Positions 27,852 through 38,910 of a stretch of 64,000 nt of DNA are shown in pieces. The notes under the pieces are model-generated. The model made no database searches. It was not told where the DNA came from and saw only the letters and a list, made by a program, of their open reading frames with translations. The position numbers and the translations under genes were made by a program. The number at the start of each line of letters is the position of its first letter. The stretch's first letter is position 1. The DNA comes from an uncultured Nitrospiraceae bacterium (GTDB taxonomy: Bacteria; Nitrospirota; Nitrospiria; Nitrospirales; Nitrospiraceae): positions 1,016,442-1,080,441 of the forward strand of contig CAVSTP010000002.1 of assembly GCA_963730935.1 (NCBI GenBank), read 5' to 3'.

Positions 27852-29972
27852 ATGGTACACGTTGTTGAACTTGACGTCGCAGGGCGGACCCTGAGACTGG
27901 AAACAGGTCGGGTCGCCAAACAGGCTGACGGGTCGATCTGGGCATCGTACGGGGACACGGTGGTGCTTGCCACGGCAGTCGCGTCTCAAAACGCCAAACC
28001 TGGAGTGGACTTCCTTCCGCTGACCGTCGACTATCAGGAAAAGGCGTATGCTGCCGGAAAAATTCCTGGGGGCTACTTTAAGCGGGAAGGCCGCCCGTCT
28101 GAAAAGGAAGTGCTCACCAGCCGTTTGATCGACCGGCCGCTTCGTCCATTATTCCCCGAGGGGTATTACTTCGAGACGCAAGTCATCGCGGCCGTGCTGT
28201 CGTCCGATAGGACCGGCTCTTCGGATGTCATTGGGATTACCGCCGCTTCGGCCGCACTCGCGGTCTCCAACATTCCATTTCTCGGTCCCATCGCCGGTAT
28301 CAAGATCGGGCGGGTCAACGGTCAATTCGTCGTTAACCCTGACCTCGAAACGCTGAAGAGCAGCGAACTGGATTTGGTCGTCGCCGGGACTGCCGACGCG
28401 GTCATGATGGTGGAAGCCGGAGCCAATGAGCTGCCCGAAGCGACTATGCTCGAAGCGATCGAGCTCGCCCATGCCGAAATCAAGAAGATTGTGGCCAAGA
28501 TCAATGAGCTGCGCGTGTTGTCCGGCAACAAATCGAAGCGTACGGTGGCCACCGAAGAGATTGCTCTCGATCTTACGTCGCAGGTGAAAGCCCTCGTGGC
28601 ACAGGGCATTCGAGACGCAATCATGATTCCCAACAAGACCGCGAGGCAAGAGCGGCTCGACTTGATCCTCAAGGGTGCCATTGAAAAGCTCAAGCAGCCG
28701 GATGACCCCAATCGAGAGCGCCATATCAAAATCGTATTCCATGGCTTGGAGTACACTGAAGTCCGGAACATGATTCTTGAGAAAGGGTCACGTGCCGACG
28801 GGCGTGGGCCGGCGGATATTCGGCCGATCACCTCGGAGGTCGGTGTGCTACCACGCACTCATGGCTCCGCACTGTTTACGAGGGGAGAAACGCAAAGCTT
28901 GGCCGTCGTGACCTTGGGCACGACGGATGACGAGCAACGGATCGACGCCTTGGAGGGTGAATACACCCGGACCTTTATGCTCCATTACAACTTTCCCCCC
29001 TTCAGCGTGGGTGAAGCCAGGCCGCTCCGTTCGCCGGGCCGTCGGGAAGTCGGCCATGGAGCGCTGGCCGAGCGTGCGCTGAAGCCGGTGATTCCCAGCA
29101 AAGACCAGTTTCCATACACGCTGCGCATCGTATCCGATATCCTGGAGTCTAACGGCTCGTCTTCCATGGCGACCGTCTGCGGTGGAACTCTGGCGATGAT
29201 GGATGCGGGTGTGCCGATCAAAGAGCCGGTGGCCGGCATCGCGATGGGACTGATCAAGGAACAGGATCGCGTCATGATCCTGTCCGATATTCTGGGATTG
29301 GAAGATCATCTGGGCGATATGGATTTCAAAGTCTGCGGAACCAGGCGCGGCGTCACGGCCCTCCAAATGGACATTAAGATCGGCGGCATCACGCCGACCT
29401 TGATGCATCAGGCGCTGGAGCAGGCGAAGGCCGGCCGGTTGCACATTCTCAGCTGCATGCAGAAAGCCCTCGAAGCGCCGAGAGGCAATATGTCGGCGTT
29501 CGCCCCGCGCATTTACACGATGAAGGTAAAGCAGGACAAGATCCGCGAAGTCATTGGCCCCGGCGGGAAAATGATCCGCGGCATTCAGGCGGATTGCGGT
29601 GTAAAGATCAACATCGAAGACAGCGGCATCGTCACCATCGCGTCAGTGGACAACGCCTCGCTGGAAAAAGCGAAGGAAATGATCAACCGGATCGTTGAAG
29701 AGGTGGAAATCGGCAAGACCTATCTCGGCACCGTGCGGAAAATTATGGACTTCGGCGCATTCGTGGAGGTGCTGCCGGGAACCGACGGGCTCGTCCATAT
29801 TTCCCAGTTGGCGCATCACCGTGTCAAATCCGTGGCCGATGAAGTGTCGGAGGGAGATCAGATCCTCGTGAAGGTGCTGGAAATCGACCGTCAGGGAAAG
29901 ATTCGGCTCAGTCGCAAGGAAACCATGCCGGCTCCCACCGGCGCAGGCACCCAAGACCAGACGTCCGGGTAG
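27852..29972 (+). CDS. pnp: Polynucleotide phosphorylase
   Basis: [30 protein letters not shown] and S1 domains. Confidence 0.99.
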   Translation: MVHVVELDVAGRTLRLETGRVAKQADGSIWASYGDTVVLATAVASQNAKPGVDFLPLTVDYQEKAYAAGKIPGGYFKREGRPSEKEVLTSRLIDRPLRPLFPEGYYFETQVIAAVLSSDRTGSSDVIGITAASAALAVSNIPFLGPIAGIKIGRVNGQFVVNPDLETLKSSELDLVVAGTADAVMMVEAGANELPEATMLEAIELAHAEIKKIVAKINELRVLSGNKSKRTVATEEIALDLTSQVKALVAQGIRDAIMIPNKTARQERLDLILKGAIEKLKQPDDPNRERHIKIVFHGLEYTEVRNMILEKGSRADGRGPADIRPITSEVGVLPRTHGSALFTRGETQSLAVVTLGTTDDEQRIDALEGEYTRTFMLHYNFPPFSVGEARPLRSPGRREVGHGALAERALKPVIPSKDQFPYTLRIVSDILESNGSSSMATVCGGTLAMMDAGVPIKEPVAGIAMGLIKEQDRVMILSDILGLEDHLGDMDFKVCGTRRGVTALQMDIKIGGITPTLMHQALEQAKAGRLHILSCMQKALEAPRGNMSAFAPRIYTMKVKQDKIREVIGPGGKMIRGIQADCGVKINIEDSGIVTIASVDNASLEKAKEMINRIVEEVEIGKTYLGTVRKIMDFGAFVEVLPGTDGLVHISQLAHHRVKSVADEVSEGDQILVKVLEIDRQGKIRLSRKETMPAPTGAGTQDQTSG

Positions 29973-29976
29973 CATC

Positions 29977-31230
29977 TTGTACCGCAAGCTCGTGTTGGAC
30001 AATGGCATGCGGGTGGTGACCGAGCGCATTCCGACGCTCAAGTCCGTCACGGTCGGCATTTGGGTCAATACCGGATCCCGTGACGAACAACCCGCCCAGG
30101 CCGGCTACTCCCATTTCATCGAACATATGTTCTTCAAGGGCACACGCTCGCGTTCGGCCACGGAGATTTCCCGTGAAATCGACGGCCTCGGCGGCGAGAT
30201 GAATGCCTTTACTACCCGCGAGACGACGACCTTCTACGTCAAAGTTCTTGATCAACAGCTGCAGCAGGCCCTCGAACTCTTGGCGGATCTGTTTCACCAT
30301 TCACGTTTCGACTCCAAGGAAGTCGAAAAGGAAAAGCAGGTCGTCCTCGAGGAAATCCGCATGGTGCAGGATGACCCGGAGGATCTCGTGCAGGAACTGC
30401 ACACCGGTCAAGTCTTGGGACGCCATCCGCTCGGCCGATCGATCCTAGGCCGTGCAGAGACGATTCAGAGTCTAAAGCGACCGGACCTCTTGGGCTACCT
30501 CGATGCGCATTACGATCCCGGCCAGATTGTGATTGCCATTGCCGGCAATTTCGAGCAGGCGGCGGTGGAACGGTTGGTCGCACGCTTCTTCGGCAAAAAG
30601 AAGCCTCTGAATGGCCTTTCAAGGCCCGTGCGCCGGCCACCGGAAGTTCATGGCGGTGTCCTCGTCAAGCGTAAGCCCTTGGAGCAGGTGCATCTGTGCG
30701 TTGGGCTAAAAGGAGTCGCCGCCGGACATCGACACCGATACGCCGCGTACGCGCTCAACAGCGTCCTGGGCGGAAGTATGAGTTCGCGGTTGTTCCAAGA
30801 AATACGTGAAAAACGCGGCCTCGCCTATTCGATCTATTCGTTTCTGTCAGGCTATTCGGACATCGGCACGATCACCGTCTACGCGGCGACCCGACCGAAG
30901 GAAGTCGAGCGCGTGGTTGATCTTGTGTGCCGCGAGATCACGCGGATCAGCAAGCATGGCATTGAACGCAAAGAACTCGACCGAGCAAAAAATCAAATGA
31001 AAGGCAGTCTGATGCTCAGCCTGGAGAGCTCGCACAGCCGGATGAGCAAGCTGGCGAAAGATGAGCTCATCTATGGCAGGCGCACGTCACTCGAAGAGAT
31101 GTTGACGCACATCGATCGGGTGACCGTCGATCAAGTCTCGACGGTTGGACGCGAACTTTTTGGAATGACGCATCTCGCAATCACTGGATTAGGCCCACTC
31201 TCGGCACGAGCCCTTCACGCCTATAGATGA
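29977..31230 (+). CDS. M16 family zinc peptidase
   Basis: HFIEHMFFKG (HxxEH), NAFT, SSRLFQEIREKRGLAY; TTG start. Confidence 0.95.
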   Translation: MYRKLVLDNGMRVVTERIPTLKSVTVGIWVNTGSRDEQPAQAGYSHFIEHMFFKGTRSRSATEISREIDGLGGEMNAFTTRETTTFYVKVLDQQLQQALELLADLFHHSRFDSKEVEKEKQVVLEEIRMVQDDPEDLVQELHTGQVLGRHPLGRSILGRAETIQSLKRPDLLGYLDAHYDPGQIVIAIAGNFEQAAVERLVARFFGKKKPLNGLSRPVRRPPEVHGGVLVKRKPLEQVHLCVGLKGVAAGHRHRYAAYALNSVLGGSMSSRLFQEIREKRGLAYSIYSFLSGYSDIGTITVYAATRPKEVERVVDLVCREITRISKHGIERKELDRAKNQMKGSLMLSLESSHSRMSKLAKDELIYGRRTSLEEMLTHIDRVTVDQVSTVGRELFGMTHLAITGLGPLSARALHAYR

Positions 31231-31361
31231 GAAGTTTCTAATAGATCGACCAAACCCGGGAAAACTGACACCGCCAACGCGCCTAGTGGCATTCTGCAAG
31301 ACGTTGGTTTTTAAAAAGAAAGTGTTGATTTTTCCAAAATATCCACAGGACAAACATTTTC

Positions 31362-31391
31362 TTGACTCGCTTTCACATTTTTCAGTACCAT
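31362..31391 (+). promoter_or_regulatory. Sigma-70 promoter
   Basis: TTGACT-N18-TACCAT in an AT-rich spacer. Confidence 0.55.
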
Positions 31392-31410
31392 GGCCGCGTT
31401 TTCACTGGAA

Positions 31411-31488
31411 GACTCTTTCACCGGCGAATGCGGCGTGAGAGCCACAGAACAAGGAGGTGACAAAAGCCTGCTCTCCTGTCGCCGAGTC
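31411..31488 (+). other. Putative structured 5' leader RNA
   Basis: Three nested helices GACT/AGTC, CGGCGA/TCGCCG, GAGAGC/GCTCTC enclose AAGGAGGTGA. Confidence 0.4.
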
Positions 31489-31574
31489 GTCATAACACGT
31501 TACATATTCATCGTCCTTAAATGAGCCCGTTCATCGGTTTTGTGTTGGTCATTTTTATGAAGGAGGGATTTGGT

Positions 31575-32093
31575 ATGAAAAGGGTCGTACTTCTAGCCGT
31601 AGTTGCAGTGTTTTCTGTGCTCGGCTTGGTGACGGCTGAGTTTGCCGCCGCTGCAGATGCTCCGGGCGGTCCTACGGGTCCCACCGACATTATTGTCGGA
31701 GGAAAGCCGCTCAAAGGTGAAGTCACCAAAACTCTTAAGGGTCGTGTGTGGTCACAATGGGCCGATAATCCGGACGGCGAACTCCTCTTCGGCATCCAGT
31801 ACTGGAACACCGGTGAACCGGCCTCCGGGACCCCTGCCGGCCGGTCCTCCACCGATCTCGACGTGAAGCCGCCCGATCCATTGTTTGTGTGCTGCGCCTG
31901 GGGATTTACTGGCGGGACGGAAAGAAACAACCCCTATGCCGGCTGGTACCATGCCGCCACCACGGTTCGTCTCGCGGTCAAGGACAAGGCATTGATGGAC
32001 CAGATCATTAAGGCCTCGCAGGAACTGGTTGCGATGGAAGTCAGCCTTGATGGCCGGACGATCACCGGATTCAAGCTCCTCAAGGGTGACTAA
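31575..32093 (+). CDS. Exported protein of unknown function (vicinal Cys motif VCCAW)
   Basis: SD AAGGAGG; classic signal peptide. Confidence 0.85.
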   Translation: MKRVVLLAVVAVFSVLGLVTAEFAAAADAPGGPTGPTDIIVGGKPLKGEVTKTLKGRVWSQWADNPDGELLFGIQYWNTGEPASGTPAGRSSTDLDVKPPDPLFVCCAWGFTGGTERNNPYAGWYHAATTVRLAVKDKALMDQIIKASQELVAMEVSLDGRTITGFKLLKGD

Positions 32094-32141
32094 ACTTCGA
32101 CGAGATTTCATACTTTCATACTGTTGAAGGAGGATGCGATT

Positions 32142-32798
32142 ATGAAGTTTCATATGAAAGGCTGGGCCCTCGCGGCCGCCGTTGCGCTGGTGGTCTCGAT
32201 CGCCTCCACCGCCATGGCGATCGAATCGTTTCAAGAGCGTTTCGAATGGGGGGACATGAGCAAGCCGACGACCCTCCAGGGCCGCGTGATCGTCCTCGAT
32301 CCCTATGATGAAGCCGTGTGGATCAACATTGCTGTATTCGGCGGCAATGCGGAGAGCGGCCTCTTTTGGCAAAAGGTCCATCCGGGGAAGAATCTGAAGT
32401 TTTACGCCGACAAGGGCGCCTGGGAAGAACTCAAAAAGATGGGCCGAGTGCATGCCGGACCGGCAGCGGCCAAGGAAGTGCCTCCGGGCAGCACGACCGA
32501 CTTGATCGAGTTCACGGCGGTCGAGACGGAGCAGAATCACCGCGTCATTACTGCGGTCAAGAAGCTTCCGGAAGTTGCGGGCGCCCCCGGCAAGACGATG
32601 AGCATTTCGGCGCTTCGGCTGAAGGATTGCGCCGGGAAGAACGAGGCGGAGCCTGGTTGTGCGGCAGCCAAGCAGGGATTGAACACCTCACCGAAGGGTG
32701 CAGACTCTGTTCCCATGCAGTACGACGTCCTGACTCCGGACAAGAAGCCGATCGGCGGCCTGATCCCCTGGACGGCAAAGTACAACACCGGTAAGTAA
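32142..32798 (+). CDS. Exported protein of unknown function
   Basis: SD AAGGAGG; signal peptide ending TAMA. Confidence 0.85.
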   Translation: MKFHMKGWALAAAVALVVSIASTAMAIESFQERFEWGDMSKPTTLQGRVIVLDPYDEAVWINIAVFGGNAESGLFWQKVHPGKNLKFYADKGAWEELKKMGRVHAGPAAAKEVPPGSTTDLIEFTAVETEQNHRVITAVKKLPEVAGAPGKTMSISALRLKDCAGKNEAEPGCAAAKQGLNTSPKGADSVPMQYDVLTPDKKPIGGLIPWTAKYNTGK

Positions 32799-32822
32799 AC
32801 TCCGGTTCATTCAGCCACGAAT

Positions 32823-32865
32823 AAAAAACGGCGGTAGCTCGAAAGAGCTATCGTCGTTTTTCTTT
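32823..32865. terminator. Bidirectional intrinsic terminator
   Basis: AAAAAACGGCGGTAGCTC-GAAA-GAGCTATCGTCGTTTTT between convergent genes. Confidence 0.85.
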
Positions 32866-32878
32866 GACTGCGAAGCGC

Positions 32879-35491
32879 CTATCCTGAATCCGCAGCGCGT
32901 TTCTGAAGATCTGCTAAGCGATTGAGCGCATCGAGCGGCGTCAGAGAGAAGAGGTCAATTTGCCTGACTTCGTCGATGAGCGGATGGGGCTGCGGAAGTG
33001 TCGCACGCGAAGGGTCGTCCTGAGGTTTGAGATCAGTCGTCGAGCGCTCCAGTTGTGCTAACACGTCCTGTGCGCGGGTGATCATCGACGGCGGCAGGCC
33101 CGCCAGTTTTGCGACATGGATCCCATAGCTTCGGTCAGCGCCGCCCGGCACAATTTTCCTGAGAAACACCACGTCCCCATCGCGTTCTTGCACAGCAACC
33201 CGATAATTGCGGATGCCGTCCCGCAGCGATTCCAATTGCGTCATCTCGTGATAGTGCGTGGCAAACAGGGTTCGTGCGCCCAGGTGCTGCTGGTCGTGAA
33301 TGTACTCGGCCATGGCCCAGGCGATGCTCAATCCATCATAGGTGCTCGTTCCGCGTCCGATTTCATCCAAGAGGATCAGGCTGCGCTTGCTGGCACAGTT
33401 GAGAATCTGCGCACTTTCAGTCATTTCGACCATAAAGGTGCTCTGCCCGGCAGCAAGGTTGTCGGATGCTCCCACCCGCGTGAAAATGCGGTCTACGAGC
33501 CCGACGTGAGCCTCTGTTGCGGGAACGAAGCTGCCGATTTGAGCGAGCAGCACGATGAGTGCGACCTGGCGTAAGTACGTGCTCTTGCCCGCCATGTTTG
33601 GTCCGGTCAAAATCACCAAGCGGTTCTGATCATCGTCCATGAGAGTGTCGTTGGGTACGAACGCCAGGTCGGGGCTCAGTTGTTCGACGACAGGGTGACG
33701 GCCGGCGAGAATGCGAAGGAGGCCGGACTCATCGATCGTGGGCCGGACATAACGATTCAAGGCGGCCGTTTCTGCTAGCCCGGCCAACACATCGATCAGT
33801 GCGAGCGACTGGGCCATGCTTTGCAGGCGCGAGCCCTGGCACGCAAGCCGCTGTCGCAGCTGGACAAACAGCTCCTCCTCCAAGGCAAGGAGCTTCGACT
33901 CGGCGCTCGTGACGCGCTCTTCCAATTCCTTGAGCTCCTGGGTCATGAACCGCTCGGCATTCACCAGTGTTTGCTTGCGGACGAAGTCGGCTGGCACTTT
34001 CAAGAGATTGGCTTTGGTGATTTCGATGTAATAGCCGAACACCTGGTTGTAGCGGATCTTCAAGGAATCGATCCCTGTGCGTTCTCGTTCTTTGGATTCG
34101 AGCGACGCCATCCAGTCTTTCCCTTCCGCACGGGCTTTGCGCAGCTCGTCGACTCCTGGGTGATACCCTGCTCGAATCACGTTGCCTTCGCGGAGGGCTA
34201 AGGGGGCTTCTGGGTTGATGGCCGATTCAATCAGATCATACATATCCCGGCAGTCATCCCACTGTTCGCGCTGTGCGGCCAGCAGGGCAGCGCGGCAAGG
34301 CGCCAACTGTTCGCGCAACTCCGGCAGCGCGCTCACGGAATCCTTCAAGGCCAGCAACTCCCGTGGGCCGGCCAGACCCAATGTCAACCGGGTGCTCAGA
34401 CGGGCGATGTCCTGAATTGTGCGGAGGGCTGTTCGGATCGCTACGCGTTGCGCGAGGCGTTCCTTGAGGTCGGCGACCGCGTCCAGTCTGGCGCGCAGTG
34501 CATCACCATCGATCAACGGTCTCAGGAGCCACTCGCGGAGCAGACGGCTTCCCATGGCGGTGCTGGTTCGATCGATCACTGAAAGGAGAGTGGGGGACCG
34601 GCCGGAGCCATCCTCTCCCTGTGCCAGAGGACGTACGAGCTCGAGGTTCCGGATGGTGGCGCTATCCAAATGCATCGCTTCGGTGCTCCGGCGCCGGTAC
34701 AGGCGCCGAACGTGGTCCGGTGCAGCAGCGGGCTGAGTTTCGCGGAAATAACGCCAGACTGCCCCGGCAGCTCCCAAAGCCGCCGTTAGATCATGGCAGC
34801 CGAATCCGTCCAAGGATTGAACGCCAAAGTGTCTGGTCAGCGCCTTGGAGGCTTCCTGCCGATCGAACCAAGACGTCGCGCACTCGCATACTCTCATGCC
34901 TTGGAGCTGTGAGCGAAGCCATGTCGCCGTCTCATCGGTGTCTGCATGAAGCAATTCCCTCGGTTGCAACCGCGCCAACTCGTCGACGAGTGGCTGATCG
35001 GCTCCCTCGTCTTCCATCACCCAGAATTCGCCCGTCGTGACATCGAGGGCTGCCAGTCCCCAGCATTGACGGCCTCCTCTGCGCTCCACTCGAGCGATGG
35101 CGGCAAGGAAACTGGATTCACCGGGATCGAGAAATTCGGTGTCGACGAGTGTCCCTGGTGTGTAAAGACGCACGACCTCGCGACGCACAAGCCCTTTCGC
35201 CAGTTTCGGATCTTCCACCTGTTCACATAAGGCGACGGTTCGTCCGGCTTTCAGCAATTTGGCAATGTAGCCTTGGGCCGCGTGATAGGGTACGCCGCAC
35301 AGGGGAACGGGATCGGCACTCGACTTGTCGCGGGAGGTCAGAGCAATGGACAGCAATTTCGAGGCGGCTCCGGCGTCCTCATAGAACATTTCGTAGAAAT
35401 CGCCGACGCGGAAGAAGAGAATGGCTTCTGAGTAGCCTCGTTTGATCTCGCGGTATTGCCGCATCAACGGCGTATCATCGTGCTCACTCAT
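32879..35491 (-). CDS. mutS: DNA mismatch repair protein MutS
   Basis: TPLMRQY, FFRVGDFYE, TGPNMAGKST, DEIGRGTST. Confidence 0.99.
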   Translation of the reverse strand: MSEHDDTPLMRQYREIKRGYSEAILFFRVGDFYEMFYEDAGAASKLLSIALTSRDKSSADPVPLCGVPYHAAQGYIAKLLKAGRTVALCEQVEDPKLAKGLVRREVVRLYTPGTLVDTEFLDPGESSFLAAIARVERRGGRQCWGLAALDVTTGEFWVMEDEGADQPLVDELARLQPRELLHADTDETATWLRSQLQGMRVCECATSWFDRQEASKALTRHFGVQSLDGFGCHDLTAALGAAGAVWRYFRETQPAAAPDHVRRLYRRRSTEAMHLDSATIRNLELVRPLAQGEDGSGRSPTLLSVIDRTSTAMGSRLLREWLLRPLIDGDALRARLDAVADLKERLAQRVAIRTALRTIQDIARLSTRLTLGLAGPRELLALKDSVSALPELREQLAPCRAALLAAQREQWDDCRDMYDLIESAINPEAPLALREGNVIRAGYHPGVDELRKARAEGKDWMASLESKERERTGIDSLKIRYNQVFGYYIEITKANLLKVPADFVRKQTLVNAERFMTQELKELEERVTSAESKLLALEEELFVQLRQRLACQGSRLQSMAQSLALIDVLAGLAETAALNRYVRPTIDESGLLRILAGRHPVVEQLSPDLAFVPNDTLMDDDQNRLVILTGPNMAGKSTYLRQVALIVLLAQIGSFVPATEAHVGLVDRIFTRVGASDNLAAGQSTFMVEMTESAQILNCASKRSLILLDEIGRGTSTYDGLSIAWAMAEYIHDQQHLGARTLFATHYHEMTQLESLRDGIRNYRVAVQERDGDVVFLRKIVPGGADRSYGIHVAKLAGLPPSMITRAQDVLAQLERSTTDLKPQDDPSRATLPQPHPLIDEVRQIDLFSLTPLDALNRLADLQKRAADSG

Positions 35492-35831
35492 CGGAGCTTT
35501 CTCTCAGAGGGACGTCTCCGGGCACCGGCGGTGCCGTTCGGCCGGTCAGTTTCTCGAGCGAATGGCGGAGGCGTTCCAGGTCCACTTCGGCTTCCTGTAA
35601 GGCCTTGGTTTTTCGGCGCAGCTCAATACGGCCTTTTACCCATGGCGGGAACAGGAGGATGACGGAGACCAGCAGGCCGACGCCGAACCCCGCCAAGATC
35701 GGCTTGTAAATCGGTGTCGAGGCCTCGAACAACCCGAAGAAATAACGGAGAGTGACTTCTTGTTCCTGATTTTGGAGGAAAAAGGCCAGACACAACAACA
35801 GCAGCGTGCCGACAAGAATGACACGAATCAT
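35484..35831 (-). CDS. LapA (DUF1049) family membrane protein
   Basis: FFLQNQEQEVTLRYFFG, second TM, coiled coil. Confidence 0.8.
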   Translation of the reverse strand: MIRVILVGTLLLLCLAFFLQNQEQEVTLRYFFGLFEASTPIYKPILAGFGVGLLVSVILLFPPWVKGRIELRRKTKALQEAEVDLERLRHSLEKLTGRTAPPVPGDVPLRESSDE

Positions 35832-36439
35832 GAGGGTGATTTTCCCTTCAGGTTCCGCCGCGGCCGCCCGGAGCGGGGACGTCTTTTCGGAAGCATCGTA
35901 GAGTGTTTGATTCGAGCCAACAACGCAGCAGACAGCGGTCCGGTGGCCGTGAATCGAATACTTCTACTCTGAACCGTCTGATGGCGCAACTCCATTTCGA
36001 GGCGGTCGTCCGGCAGGATCCCAGGGGCCCTGTCGGCCCATTCGACCGCAACGACGGTTGCTCCGGAGAGGTAATCTCCGAGTCCAATGGTCTCAGCTTC
36101 TTTCCTCGAGTTCAGACGGTACAGATCGATATGTGCCAGGGGAAGCCGACCGCGGTATTCGTGCAGGAGAACGAAGGTTGGACTGCTGACGGCTTCGGCG
36201 GGCGCACCGAGCCCTGCGGCAATGCCTCGGACAAGCGCAGTTTTGCCTGTTCCCAAGGCACCTGACAGCGCCAGGGATTCTCCTCCCTCGAGCGCTGAGC
36301 CGATGGCGCGGCCCAACCGATCCGTGTGTCGCGACGAGGGCAGCGACTGGCGCCAGACCCGACTCGTTGGCAGAATAGCCCGGGGAAACGCCCGAGCCGG
36401 TTGGGCTCGTCTTTTAGCCGGCGACCGTTTGAATGGCAT
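35828..36439 (-). CDS. tsaE: t6A biosynthesis ATPase TsaE (start uncertain)
   Basis: GALGTGKT, VSSPTF, HIDLYRL, VEW. Confidence 0.93.
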   Translation of the reverse strand: MPFKRSPAKRRAQPARAFPRAILPTSRVWRQSLPSSRHTDRLGRAIGSALEGGESLALSGALGTGKTALVRGIAAGLGAPAEAVSSPTFVLLHEYRGRLPLAHIDLYRLNSRKEAETIGLGDYLSGATVVAVEWADRAPGILPDDRLEMELRHQTVQSRSIRFTATGPLSAALLARIKHSTMLPKRRPRSGRPRRNLKGKSPS

Positions 36440-37964
36440 AGGGAATCTGTTCAATGAGATCGCCGGCGATCATGCCGGCAAATCCCAGTCGACCAGCCGC
36501 CAGGTCGCCTGCTGCCCCATGCAAATAGGTCGCAGCACAGGCTGCTTCCCAGGACGGAACGCCTTGTGCGAGGAGGCCGACGACCATTCCGGTGAGCACA
36601 TCTCCCGTTCCTGCGGTGGCCATTCCCGGGTTGCCCGTCGGACAGACCATGAGCAGACCATCGGGTCTTGCGACCACCGTCCGGGCGCCCTTCAGGACGA
36701 CAAAGACGCCTCGTTCTCGGGCAAAACGTCTGGCCGTGCCGAGGCGGTCGGCATTGACGCTTTGTGACGTCGCGCCAACTTCCAACCGGGCCATCTCGCC
36801 GGGATGAGGTGTCAGGATAGGAGGCGTCTTGCATTCCGTCAGCAAGGACGCGCGACTCGCCAAGGCATTGAGGGCATCGGCATCGAGCACCGATGGGCGG
36901 TCAAGATGTTTCATTAAGGACTGCACCACCTCCACCGTCTCTGGATTGGTCGACAGCCCCGGACCGATGGCAATCGCCGTTCTCGCTTGAATGAAGCCGA
37001 GGATCCGGTCAAACCCGGAGCGACCGAGCGTGCGGGCCTTGGTCTCGGGTAGGGGCACCGTCATGGCCTCGAGCAGTTTGGCCTCGAGGACGTCGTTGAC
37101 GCTGGCCGGCACGCCGACGGTCACCAAGCCGGCGCCTATCCGAAGCGCCGCCTTCGAAGCGAGGGCTGCAGCCCCGCTTTTGCCCACCGAGCCTGCAAGA
37201 ATTCCCGCATGACCATACGTACCTTTGTGGGAAGATGCGGATCGCGGAGGCAGAACCGTTTTCACGAAATCTTGGGTGATCAACAAGGTTCGGCCATCAA
37301 TCTCGTTCACATAGGCGGCTGGAATCCCGATATCGACGACATGGATGACGCCGGCGTGATCAATGCCGGCACCCACATAGAGCCCGAGTTTGGGCAGGCC
37401 GAACGTCACCGTGACCGAGGCTCGGACGGCGCACCCCAGCAGCGCTCCGTCGTCTGCATGAATGCCCGACGGCATATCGACGGAGACAACCGGGCTGCCG
37501 GCCCGGTTCATCAAGCGGATGGCCTCGCGATAGGGGCCGGTGACGGGGGTCGAAAGGCCCGTGCCAAGGAGCGCATCAACGATGAGCTCACTGTCGGCGA
37601 GAAGCGCTTCCGCCTGTTCGGGAGATTTGAATGACTTGGTCGCCGAAGTTCCTCCGACTCGGAGCCAGCGGCGATACATGGCTTTGGCGTCCCGGCTCAA
37701 TTCCGCAGCCGGTGCCAGCAACAGCACGGTGACGCGTGCCCGACGTTGACGCAACAGCCTGGCGACCACCAATCCGTCACCGCCGTTGTTGCCCTTGCCG
37801 CACACAATCGTAACACGCTTGCCGGCAAGCGGACCGAACTGGTTCCGGAGAACATCCGCTGTTCCAGATCCGGCACGCTCCATCAGCGTCAGACCCGGCA
37901 CCCGAGCTTCCGTAATGGTGCGCCGGTCCAGAGCCTGCATCTGCGTTGCCGTCACGATTTTCAT
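36414..37964 (-). CDS. nnr: Bifunctional NAD(P)H-hydrate epimerase/dehydratase
   Basis: GKGNNGGDG, HKGTYG, TPHPGE, MATAGTGDVL. Confidence 0.96.
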   Translation of the reverse strand: MKIVTATQMQALDRRTITEARVPGLTLMERAGSGTADVLRNQFGPLAGKRVTIVCGKGNNGGDGLVVARLLRQRRARVTVLLLAPAAELSRDAKAMYRRWLRVGGTSATKSFKSPEQAEALLADSELIVDALLGTGLSTPVTGPYREAIRLMNRAGSPVVSVDMPSGIHADDGALLGCAVRASVTVTFGLPKLGLYVGAGIDHAGVIHVVDIGIPAAYVNEIDGRTLLITQDFVKTVLPPRSASSHKGTYGHAGILAGSVGKSGAAALASKAALRIGAGLVTVGVPASVNDVLEAKLLEAMTVPLPETKARTLGRSGFDRILGFIQARTAIAIGPGLSTNPETVEVVQSLMKHLDRPSVLDADALNALASRASLLTECKTPPILTPHPGEMARLEVGATSQSVNADRLGTARRFARERGVFVVLKGARTVVARPDGLLMVCPTGNPGMATAGTGDVLTGMVVGLLAQGVPSWEAACAATYLHGAAGDLAAGRLGFAGMIAGDLIEQIPYAIQTVAG

Positions 37965-38012
37965 TCTGCGGCTCGCGCGATCACTGGCAGCCTACGAGAA
38001 GGTGGGCTCGAT

Positions 38013-38726
38013 CTAGTTGAGCAGTACTTTCATCTCACGAACCGCCTGATCGAGGCCGACTAGGATGGCCCGTGCGATGATGCTGTGGCCGATGTTGTAT
38101 TCCACGATCTCGGGGATATGGGTCAAGCGCTTGACGTTTTGGTAGTTCAATCCATGACCGGCGTTAACGCCCATCCCCAGTTTGTATGCCAGCTTCGCCG
38201 CCTGCGTGATGGCTTCGAATTCGGCATCCGCTTCCTTTGATCGCTTCGCGTTGGCATATCGCCCTGTATGGAGCTCGACGAAGTCCGCGGAGATCTTGTG
38301 CGCGGCTCTGATATGGCCGAGGTCCGGCTCGATGAACAGGCTCACGGGAATTCCTCCGTCATGCAGCATCCCGATGATTTGCTGGAGGCGGTCTTTATGG
38401 GCGGGGACGTCGAGTCCGCCCTCCGTCGTGAGTTCCTGGCGCTTTTCCGGGACGAGCGTGACCAGATCCGGCTTGATTGTCAGCGCGATCTTGGCCATCG
38501 TCTCATCCGCTGCCATTTCCATGTCGAGCTTCGTCCGGATCAGTTCGCGGAGCAGGCGAAGGTCGCGGTCCTGGATGTGCCGGCGATCCTCCCGCAGATG
38601 CACGACGATGCCGTCTGCGCCGGCCAACTCGACCAACACCGCCGCGGCCAGAGGATCGGGATCGTTTCCGCCGCGCGCTTGCCGCAGTGTGGCGACGTGA
38701 TCGACATTCACACCGAGTCGGGCCAC
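38013..38726 (-). CDS. pdxJ: Pyridoxine 5'-phosphate synthase
   Basis: GTG start after [36 protein letters not shown]. Confidence 0.97.
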   Translation of the reverse strand: MARLGVNVDHVATLRQARGGNDPDPLAAAVLVELAGADGIVVHLREDRRHIQDRDLRLLRELIRTKLDMEMAADETMAKIALTIKPDLVTLVPEKRQELTTEGGLDVPAHKDRLQQIIGMLHDGGIPVSLFIEPDLGHIRAAHKISADFVELHTGRYANAKRSKEADAEFEAITQAAKLAYKLGMGVNAGHGLNYQNVKRLTHIPEIVEYNIGHSIIARAILVGLDQAVREMKVLLN

Positions 38727-38910
38727 AAAGAACCTCCGATTGATTCTGGCGACGGGGGGTCGAGATTGAACGAAGATCGTGCGGACGCCGCTGTTGTAAC
38801 AGAAAGCCGTTGAAGGGGGCAAGGCTGGGACAGGGGTTGACTGGCGAGGGAGGTCTAGAGCATCCGGTGAAACGATGTCCGCACGGAAACCCACAGAATA
38901 ACAAGATAAT

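Noticed and set aside
31325..31347. FNR-like TTGAT half-site and DnaA-like ATATCCACA
   Set aside because: No ATCAA partner half-site; only a single mismatched DnaA box in AT-rich DNA.
31752..32540. 262-aa minus-strand ORF
   Set aside because: Overlaps two plus-strand genes that have clear SDs and signal peptides.
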